Source: an uncultured Verrucomicrobiae bacterium (GTDB lineage: Bacteria > Verrucomicrobiota > Verrucomicrobiia > Palsa-1439). Taken from it: a stretch of 34,815 nt of DNA. Position 1 is the stretch's first letter. Each line of letters begins with the position of its first letter. The position numbers and the translations under genes were made by a program. This document shows, one piece after another, positions 28,393-34,815 of the stretch. The stretch covers positions 1 through 34,815 of the forward strand of contig CALBCO010000109.1 in NCBI GenBank assembly GCA_937927265.1, in the 5' to 3' direction. Under the pieces are notes generated by a model. It saw nothing but the letters and a program-made list of their open reading frames with translations. It was not told the origin of the DNA and did no database searches.

Positions 28393-28470
28393 CCTGTCAT
28401 TCCGAGCTGGCGAGGAATCTCTGAATTCCTCCGGCCAAGAAGTTTGAGATTCTTCGCTCCGAATGACAAG
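28393..28470. repeat. Imperfect 78-bp palindromic intergenic element between yicC and gmk
   Basis: Left arm cctgtcattccgagc-tggc-gaggaatctc (28393-28421). Right arm gagattcttc-gctccgaatgacaag (28446-28470). This gives 15 bp and 10 bp of pairing with 3 mismatches and a 4-nt bulge. There is also an inner alternative hairpin, gaggaat/attcctc. Confidence 0.6.
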
Positions 28471-28479
28471 CCAGGGGAT

Positions 28480-29355
28480 TCATTCGATGTTCTGCACCTG
28501 TTCGCGGATTTTTTCCAGCTCTGCCTTCAGCCGAACCACTTCCTGCGAGATCTCCACCGCGTTGGCTTTCGAGCCGATGGTGTTCAACTCCCGGTTCATC
28601 TCTTGCGACAAAAAATCCAGCGTCCGCCCAACCGGCTCGCTTGATTGCAAACAGTCCCGGAATTGTTGGAAGTGACTCTCCAACCGGGTCAATTCCTCCG
28701 TGATGTCGCACCGGTCGGCAAAAAACACCACCTCCTTCATCAACCGCTCGTCATCCACCGGCACGTGTACGCCCGCTTCCTTCACCCGCGCGTGCAGTTG
28801 CTCCCGATACCGCTTCACCGTCTCCGGCGCGGCTTGCCGGATGCGTTCGACACCGGCTGTCATCACCTGCAATCGCGCCGTGAGATCGCCCGCCAAATGC
28901 CGACCCTCCTTTTCCCGCATCTTCACCAACTGCGCCAACGCCCTTTGCAATGCCGTTTCGACTCCTGGCCAAACTGCTTCTGCGTTCACGCTCGATTCGG
29001 CCAGCTTTAATACCCCCGGGGCGCGCAAGACCGTCTCCAACGTCACCGGCCCGCGCAGCTTGGTCTTTTTCTGCAATTTTCGGATGGCCTGAAGATAGGC
29101 CAGCGCCAATGGCTCGTCCAACTCCACCTGACTGCCCGGCGCGCCGCTGCGGTGATAAGCCACAACCGCGTTGATCCTGCCGCGGGAGAGTTTGGCGTTG
29201 ATCTCATCGCGGATGCGCGGCTCCAGCTCCACGAGTTCTTTGGGTAAATTGATCGAGATGTCGCTTTGTTTGCGGTTGACCGAGTTCAGCTCCACGGTGA
29301 ACTTGAATCCATCGCGCGCACACTCACCGCGCCCATAGCCGGTCATGCTTCTCAT
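28480..29355 (-). CDS. yicC: YicC/YloC family stress-induced protein
   Basis: [12 protein letters not shown]-terminus and C-terminal [20 protein letters not shown]. The ATG overlaps the trpB stop (ATGA at 29352-29355). Confidence 0.9.
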   Translation of the reverse strand: MRSMTGYGRGECARDGFKFTVELNSVNRKQSDISINLPKELVELEPRIRDEINAKLSRGRINAVVAYHRSGAPGSQVELDEPLALAYLQAIRKLQKKTKLRGPVTLETVLRAPGVLKLAESSVNAEAVWPGVETALQRALAQLVKMREKEGRHLAGDLTARLQVMTAGVERIRQAAPETVKRYREQLHARVKEAGVHVPVDDERLMKEVVFFADRCDITEELTRLESHFQQFRDCLQSSEPVGRTLDFLSQEMNRELNTIGSKANAVEISQEVVRLKAELEKIREQVQNIE

Positions 29356-30542
29356 AGCTGGATCAACTCCGCCACCTGCATCACATCTTTGTCACCCCGA
29401 CCGCTGATGTTGACGATGATCGTGCCCCGCAATTTCTTTGCGTGTTTCATCACATACGCCACCGCGTGCGCGGATTCCAACGCCGGAATGATCCCTTCGA
29501 TCCGCGAACAGAATTGGAACGCCTCCAGTGCCTCGGAATCCGTCGCATAGCTGTATTCGATCCGCTTCAAGTCGCGCAGATAACTGTGCTCCGGCCCAAT
29601 CGCCGCATAATCCAACCCTGCGCTCACTGAATGCGTCAACATGATCTGGCCGTTCTCGTCCTGCAGGACGAAAGTCCGGGTGCCCTGCAACACGCCGAGC
29701 GAACCGCCCTTCTGAAACCGCGCGGCGTGGTCGCCAGGCTTGATCCCCCGTCCCCCACCCTCGACGCCAATCATTCGCACGTGCTGGTCTCGTAGGAACG
29801 CGTAAAAGAGACCGATGGAATTGGAGCCGCCGCCGACACATGCCACCAATGCCGACGGCAACCGTTTCTCTTTCCGCAGAATCTGTTGCCGGGCTTCCCG
29901 GCCAATCACACTCTGGAAATCCCGAACCATCATCGGGTACGGATGCGCTCCGAGCACACTGCCAAGAATGTAGTGCGTCGTACGGATGTTCGTGACCCAG
30001 TCGCGCATCGCTTCGTTGATCGCTTCCTTCAAAGTCTTCTGCCCTGCCGCGACCGGCCGCACATCCGCGCCGAGCAGGCGCATCCGGTACACGTTCAACG
30101 CCTGCCGGGCCATGTCCACTTCACCCATATAGACGACGCACTCCATGCCAAACATTGCCGCCACCGTTGCCGTGGCCACGCCATGTTGACCGGCCCCCGT
30201 CTCGGCAATGATCCGCCGTTTGCCCATCCGTTTGGCAAGCAGGATTTGGCCGATGGTGTTGTTGATCTTGTGCGCGCCGGTATGCAGCAGGTCTTCGCGC
30301 TTAAAGTAAATTTTTGGCCCGCCCAGCTCTCGCGTCATCCGTTCCGCCAAATACAGTGGCGTGGGCCGGCCGCAATACTCGCGCAGGTAATAGGCAAACT
30401 CCTGGCGGAAGCGTTTATCCCGCCGGGCGTGCTCGTATGCGCGGGTTAACTCCTGCAACGGCGCCACCAGTGTCTCCGGCACAAACGAACCGCCGTAGGG
30501 TCCAAAGTGACCGGTTGGGTCAGGTTGTTTTGACAGCTTCAA
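29352..30542 (-). CDS. trpB: Tryptophan synthase beta chain
   Basis: [17 protein letters not shown] (PLP lysine), GGGSNSIG. The proposed TTG start at 30542 has GGAG 5 nt upstream and overlaps trpF by 23 nt. The track start at 30596 is probably too long. Confidence 0.9.
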   Translation of the reverse strand: MKLSKQPDPTGHFGPYGGSFVPETLVAPLQELTRAYEHARRDKRFRQEFAYYLREYCGRPTPLYLAERMTRELGGPKIYFKREDLLHTGAHKINNTIGQILLAKRMGKRRIIAETGAGQHGVATATVAAMFGMECVVYMGEVDMARQALNVYRMRLLGADVRPVAAGQKTLKEAINEAMRDWVTNIRTTHYILGSVLGAHPYPMMVRDFQSVIGREARQQILRKEKRLPSALVACVGGGSNSIGLFYAFLRDQHVRMIGVEGGGRGIKPGDHAARFQKGGSLGVLQGTRTFVLQDENGQIMLTHSVSAGLDYAAIGPEHSYLRDLKRIEYSYATDSEALEAFQFCSRIEGIIPALESAHAVAYVMKHAKKLRGTIIVNISGRGDKDVMQVAELIQL

Positions 30543-31137
30543 TGAATCTCCGCAATTTCTCTGGGTCTTTCTTTCCCGACTCACATTCCACGCCACTCGC
30601 CACGTCCACCGCGTACGGTTGCACCTGCCGGATGGCGTCCGCCACGTTTTCCGGCGTCAGCCCGCCCGACAAAATCACTGGCTTGCCCAATCGCTTCACT
30701 TCCACCGCCAATGACCAATCAAACGTCTGCCCGGTACCGCCGCGTTGGCCAGCAGTGTAGGTGTCGAGCACCAGAGCGTCAACGTCATACTCCGACCCCG
30801 CCAACACGCCCGCCCGGTCGCGCATCCGGATCGCTTTGAACCGCCGCCCTGTGAACTGACGGCAATACTCCGGCGTTTCCTCACCATGAAACTGCACCGC
30901 GTCCAGACCGCACAACGCGACCGTTTGCCGCACCGCTCTCAACGGAGCGTTCACAAACACGCCAACTCGCAACAGAAACGGCGGCAGTTGCAAACAGATT
31001 TCTGCCGCCCGTTCCATCGTCACAGAACGGGGACTCTGCGGATAAAAGATAAACCCCAATGCATCTGCGCCCAGTTCCGCCGCCAACCGGGCATCGTCCA
31101 CGTTTGTGATACCGCAGATTTTGATTCTTGTGCTCAT
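30520..31137 (-). CDS. trpF: Phosphoribosylanthranilate isomerase
   Basis: [16 protein letters not shown] and [15 protein letters not shown], of typical TrpF length. Confidence 0.9.
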   Translation of the reverse strand: MSTRIKICGITNVDDARLAAELGADALGFIFYPQSPRSVTMERAAEICLQLPPFLLRVGVFVNAPLRAVRQTVALCGLDAVQFHGEETPEYCRQFTGRRFKAIRMRDRAGVLAGSEYDVDALVLDTYTAGQRGGTGQTFDWSLAVEVKRLGKPVILSGGLTPENVADAIRQVQPYAVDVASGVECESGKKDPEKLRRFIEAVKTT

Positions 31138-31208
31138 CTGGATTTGTCACGCAAAGACGCAACGGCGCAAAGGAGCTCTTGGCGAGCTTGGCGGCTTTGC
31201 GTGAGTCA

Positions 31209-31982
31209 TCATTGTCCGAGCAACTCCTTCACCTTCGCCGCGATGTCCTGAGTTCGCATCAACGATTCGCCGACCAAAATTGCTTGTGCCCCCGCTTGCG
31301 ACACCCGCGCCACATCTTGTCGGGTATTGATACCCGATTCGGCCACCACGATCACGTCGTCCGGTAGACGGGCGGTGAGTTTCTCGGTCGTCCGCAGACT
31401 CACCGAGAAATCCCGAAGATTGCGGTTGTTGATACCAACGAGCCGCACCCCAGCCGCGAGGGCGCGGTCCACTTCCGCTTCATCGTGCACCTCAACCAAC
31501 GCTGCCATGCGCAAATGCTCTGCCACCGCCCGATATTCGCGGAGTTGCCGGTCATCCAAAATCGCCGCGATCAACAACACCGCATCCGCGCCGTGCGCTG
31601 CCGCTTCGTGGATTTGTAATTCCTCGATAATAAAATCCTTCCGCAACAACGGCAGTTTCACTGCTGCCCGAATCTGTTCGAGGTATTCGAGCCGTCCCTG
31701 AAAGAACTCCCGGTCGGTCAGCACGGAAATCGCCGCCGCCCCGGCCGCTTCGTATTGCCGGGCAATCCGCACCGGATCGAAGTTGTCGCAGATCACACCG
31801 GCCGAGGGCGAGGCTTTCTTGACTTCGGCGATTAACCCCACCGGGTCGCGGTTGGAAATCGCGCCCCTGAAATCACGGAAGTCCTGCCGCGCCGCCGCCC
31901 GGCCGCGCAATTCCTCGGCGCGCGGCAACAACGCGGCCACTTCCCGTTTCTTCACAGCCACGATTGTATCGAGAATACTCAT
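31209..31982 (-). CDS. trpC: Indole-3-glycerol phosphate synthase
   Basis: ILDTIVAVKKREV, IAEVKKASPS, LRKDFI, EVH, GINNRNL. Confidence 0.9.
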   Translation of the reverse strand: MSILDTIVAVKKREVAALLPRAEELRGRAAARQDFRDFRGAISNRDPVGLIAEVKKASPSAGVICDNFDPVRIARQYEAAGAAAISVLTDREFFQGRLEYLEQIRAAVKLPLLRKDFIIEELQIHEAAAHGADAVLLIAAILDDRQLREYRAVAEHLRMAALVEVHDEAEVDRALAAGVRLVGINNRNLRDFSVSLRTTEKLTARLPDDVIVVAESGINTRQDVARVSQAGAQAILVGESLMRTQDIAAKVKELLGQ

Positions 31983-31988
31983 GGGCCT

Positions 31989-32067
31989 TGGAGTGCTGCG
32001 GCTTGACGCCCCGCGTTCCGCGAATCAAGCCTCGCGATCCAAAGCGGTGTCAAGCCACCGCACTCCA
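31989..32067 (-). other. Long stem-loop in the prfB-trpC spacer
   Basis: Arms 31990-32007 and 32049-32066. On the mRNA strand they give 18 bp with one mismatch and one G-U pair. The 41-nt loop contains the sub-stem CGCGA/UCGCG. The stem ends 7 nt before the trpC AUG, with no U-tract. Confidence 0.55.
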
Positions 32068-32069
32068 CG

Positions 32070-33180
32070 TTACTCCTCATCCGTCACGCCCTGTTTGCGT
32101 TGCCGGGGTTGTCCCGCCTTCAGCCACGCGCTGACAAATGGGTCGAGGTCGCCGTCCATGACGGCCTGCACATCGCTGGTCTGATAGCCCGTCCGCAGGT
32201 CTTTCACCATTTGGTACGGCTGGAACACGTAGCTGCGAATCTGGTTGCCGAAAGCGATGGCGCCCTTCTCGCCGTAATACTTCTCCATGGCAGCGCGTTT
32301 TTCGTCCTGCTGCTTTTCGTAAAGCCGGGCCTTCAACATCTTGATGGCCAACTCCCGATTCTGGTGCTGGCTGCGCTCGCTCTGGCATTGCACCACAATA
32401 CCGGTTGGCACGTGTGTCATCCGGATGGCGGTCTCCAGTTTGTTGACGTTCTGCCCACCCTTGCCGCCGGATCGGAACGTGTCAACACGGACATCTTCCA
32501 TTTTCAGTTCGACCTCCGCGTCCTCGATCTCCGCCACGACATCCACAGAAGCAAACGACGTGTGCCGCCGTTTGTTCGAATCGAACGGCGAGATCCGCAC
32601 CAATCGGTGCACGCCCCGCTCCGCCTTGAGATAGCCGAACGCATATTCGCCGGCGACCATCAACGTCGCGCTCTTGATCCCCGCCTCATCACCGGACTGG
32701 ATGTCCACCAACTCGTTCTTCCAACCCCGGGCGTCGCAATATCGGCGGTACATCCGCAACAGCATGTCGGCCCAATCACAGCTCTCTGTCCCACCTGCGC
32801 CGGCATGGATGGACAAGATGGCATTGCACTTGTCATGTTCGCCATTGAGCAAACAGGTCAACTCAAACTGGGTGAACCACTGCTCGGCGGCGGCGACTTC
32901 CTTGACGACTTCCGCCTCCGTCTCGCCCAATTCGATCAAGACGTGGGCGTCGGAAATACGTTTTTCCAGCTCTACCAACGTGTCGAGCCTACGGCGGATG
33001 GAATTGGCCTCGTCGAGCGTTTGTTTGGCGTTGGTTGGGTCGCCCCAGAAGGTCGGCGCGGCCATGATGTTTTCCAGTTCGACCAACCGGTTCTTCAATT
33101 TGGCCGGGTCAAAGAAACCTCCCCAACGCCGCATGGCGTTCCTGGAGGGCATCCAATCGGGCTTTGACTTCCTCAAGCAT
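32070..33180 (-). CDS. prfB: Peptide chain release factor 2, requires programmed +1 frameshift
   Basis: Frame 0 from ATG 33180 reads MLEEVKARLDALQERHAALGRFL, then UGA at 33111-33109. The +1 frame continues DPAKLKNRLVELEN... to 32070 and carries SPF and GGQ motifs. The track N-terminus (MRKSKPDW...) is an artefact. Confidence 0.93.
33108..33123 (-). promoter_or_regulatory. prfB: RF2 autoregulatory +1 frameshift site
   Basis: The - strand reads GGGAGG UUU CUU UGA C: an internal SD-like element, a 3-nt spacer and the CUU UGA C slippery/stop context. This is the same architecture as the E. coli prfB site. Confidence 0.9.
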
Positions 33181-33214
33181 GGCGCGGCTACCTCACCACA
33201 TCAGCCCACAATTG

Positions 33215-34815
33215 TCAACGAAACCGCTCAAGCACGGCGCTGCCGTACGCCGATAACGTCACCCGGCCGGTGAGTTTCTGACCGGTCAACAAGTCTTGAA
33301 ACTTCGCCTGGCCCAACGTGATGGTTTTCCTGGCCCCCATGAAGTTCAGTAAAAACACAAATTCACGCTTGCCGTCTGTCCGCATTTGCGCGGTGACGCC
33401 AACCGGCAGTTTCGTGTCGAGCACGCGGCGGAGGCCGAGTTGATTCACCAGTTTGCCGTAGAAGTCATCGTGGAACTTGTCTTCGTTGCGCGAGGCGATG
33501 TAGTAGGCCATGCCTTTGCCAAACCGGTTGACGGTCAGCGCCGGGCGGCCTTTGTAAAAGTCCCGGCCGTATCGGGCGAGCACTTTGGCCGTTTCGACGT
33601 GAATCAACTCGCACAATTCCCGCGCCTTGTACCGGCCCACCGTGTTGGTTTCGCCATCGTAGAGCGCGTCAATCTCCTCCGCCCAGATGCCGAGCACTTT
33701 GCGCAGCAGGCCGGGAAAGCCGCCGAGGAAACAGAGATCGTTCTCGTTGACGATCCCGCTCCAGTACGTCGCCACGAAGGTGCCGCCGTTCCTGACGAAC
33801 GTTTCGATCCGTTCCGCCACGCCAGGCCGCAACATGTAAAGCATTGGCGCAACAAGGAGCCGGTAGCGGTTGAAATCGCAGTCTTCGTTGATCACGTCCA
33901 CCGGCACGCCCAGTTGCCAGAACGGCCGGTAATGCGCGTGACAGGTGCCGACATAATCCAATTTCAGGTTACGCGGACCTTTGGCGTCTTCGATCGCCCA
34001 CCGGTTTTCCCAGTCGTAAATCAGCGCCACTTCCGGCTGGACGCTTGTGCCAATCACTGGATCGAGTTTTTCGAGAATCCGCCCCACATCGGCCACATCG
34101 CGAAAAACACGAGTATGTTCATGCCCACAGTGGTCCACCACCGCGCCGTGGAATTTCTCCGAGCTGCCCCGGCTCTTGCGCCATTGGAAATACTGCACTG
34201 TATCCGCCCCGTGAGCGACGGCCTGCAACGATGCGGTGACGTGCATGCCGGGGCGTTTCAGTTTGGAGACCGGCGACCAATTGGTGACGCTCGGAGTACT
34301 CTCCATCAACATGAACGGCTGGCCGCCTTTGAATGCCCGGCACATGTCGTGAATGAAACCCTGAAACGACGACTCGGCCACGTCGCCGCCGGGGCGGTGC
34401 CATTGCGGATAGCTGTCCCACGAAATCACGTCCAGTGATGGCGCGAGTTTCCAGTAATCCAACCCCGGATACACTCCCATGAAGTTCGTCGTCACCGGCA
34501 CGTCCGGGGTGACCGCTTTAACCGTCGCGATTTCGTGCTTCATGAAATCGAGCGTCTGATGTGTCACAAACCGTTTCCAGTCGAGATTCTGCCCATGCAC
34601 CAAGTGCTCACCATGCGGTGCAGGGGATTCAATCTGCGACCAGTCCGTGTAGGTGTGACTCCAAAACGATGTCCACCACGCCTGGTTCAACGCGTCCAGC
34701 GTGCCGTAGCGGTGCGTGAGCCAGGTGCGGAACGCTTCCTGACACAAGGGACAATGACACTCGCCGCCGTACTCGTTGGAAATGTGCCAGAGCAGCAGAG
34801 CCGGGTGGTCTTTGT
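33215..34815 (-). CDS. GH42 beta-galactosidase (N-terminus outside window)
   Basis: The frame stays open to the window edge (KDHPALLLWHISNEYGGECHCPLCQEAF: acid/base Glu and Cys cluster). FMLMESTPS is the nucleophile region, and the trimerisation and C-terminal domains follow. Confidence 0.9.
   Translation of the reverse strand, partial: KDHPALLLWHISNEYGGECHCPLCQEAFRTWLTHRYGTLDALNQAWWTSFWSHTYTDWSQIESPAPHGEHLVHGQNLDWKRFVTHQTLDFMKHEIATVKAVTPDVPVTTNFMGVYPGLDYWKLAPSLDVISWDSYPQWHRPGGDVAESSFQGFIHDMCRAFKGGQPFMLMESTPSVTNWSPVSKLKRPGMHVTASLQAVAHGADTVQYFQWRKSRGSSEKFHGAVVDHCGHEHTRVFRDVADVGRILEKLDPVIGTSVQPEVALIYDWENRWAIEDAKGPRNLKLDYVGTCHAHYRPFWQLGVPVDVINEDCDFNRYRLLVAPMLYMLRPGVAERIETFVRNGGTFVATYWSGIVNENDLCFLGGFPGLLRKVLGIWAEEIDALYDGETNTVGRYKARELCELIHVETAKVLARYGRDFYKGRPALTVNRFGKGMAYYIASRNEDKFHDDFYGKLVNQLGLRRVLDTKLPVGVTAQMRTDGKREFVFLLNFMGARKTITLGQAKFQDLLTGQKLTGRVTLSAYGSAVLERFR

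Noticed and set aside
33112-33176. Track N-terminus of RF2 (MRKSKPDWMPSRNAMRRWGGFF)
   Set aside because: It is the +1 frame upstream of the programmed frameshift site. The true N-terminus is in frame 0 from ATG 33180.
32100-34438. 355-aa and 350-aa ORFs antisense to prfB and the GH42 gene
   Set aside because: Both lie opposite strongly recognisable genes, and their compositions are shadow-like.
1-34815. Searched for CRISPR repeats, tRNA/rRNA, integrase/recombinase, toxin-antitoxin pairs, restriction-modification or other defence modules
   Set aside because: No regularly spaced direct repeats were found, no T-loop-like tRNA signatures outside coding sequence, and no proteins with nuclease/helicase/ATPase defence-type architectures. 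The methyltransferase present is an RNA-modification type fused to a Psi synthase.

Overview
GC-rich bacterial chromosomal segment. The protein content suggests a PVC-group or Verrucomicrobiota-like organism, but that is a low-confidence inference. It holds about 35 densely packed, mostly housekeeping protein genes.

Layout:
- 1-6246, + strand: a chain of coupled genes, rng / broken S41-like / membrane protein / larB / larC / trm112-like / GT2.
- 6253-11611, - strand: a MacAB-like ABC efflux operon with two small appended genes (KTSC, PGPGW) and an upstream coiled-coil protein.
- 11718-13568: ilvB with no ilvN, followed by a 0.5 kb apparently non-coding gap.
- 14082-17728: two secreted clan GH-A glycosidases.
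- 17868-18622: an intrinsic terminator with no nearby gene end, then a decayed IS transposase remnant.
- 18749-21711: a secreted S1 protease and a DUF3352-like protein.
- 21614-24437, - strand: operon nrdR / orphan / HIT / RluA-methyltransferase fusion.
- 24498-26615: alpha/beta hydrolase and DUF1015.
- 26596-34815, - strand: one long run, GH42 / prfB / trpC / trpF / trpB / yicC / gmk / coaC / coaB.

I saw no rRNA, tRNA, CRISPR array, integrase, toxin-antitoxin pair or recognisable defence module. I do not find a convincing self-contained novel system, and this reads as core genome.

Best leads:
- an S41 homologue lacking the catalytic dyad, split at a C10 tract, sitting at the head of a translationally coupled chain;
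- a pseudouridine-synthase/RlmI-like methyltransferase fusion;
- an unrecognised 181-aa protein start-stop coupled to nrdR;
- KTSC and PGPGW genes coupled to an efflux pump;
- structured spacers inside the prfB-trp run.

All family calls come from motif recognition by eye, with no database search. Many long antisense ORFs in the track are GC-driven shadows.
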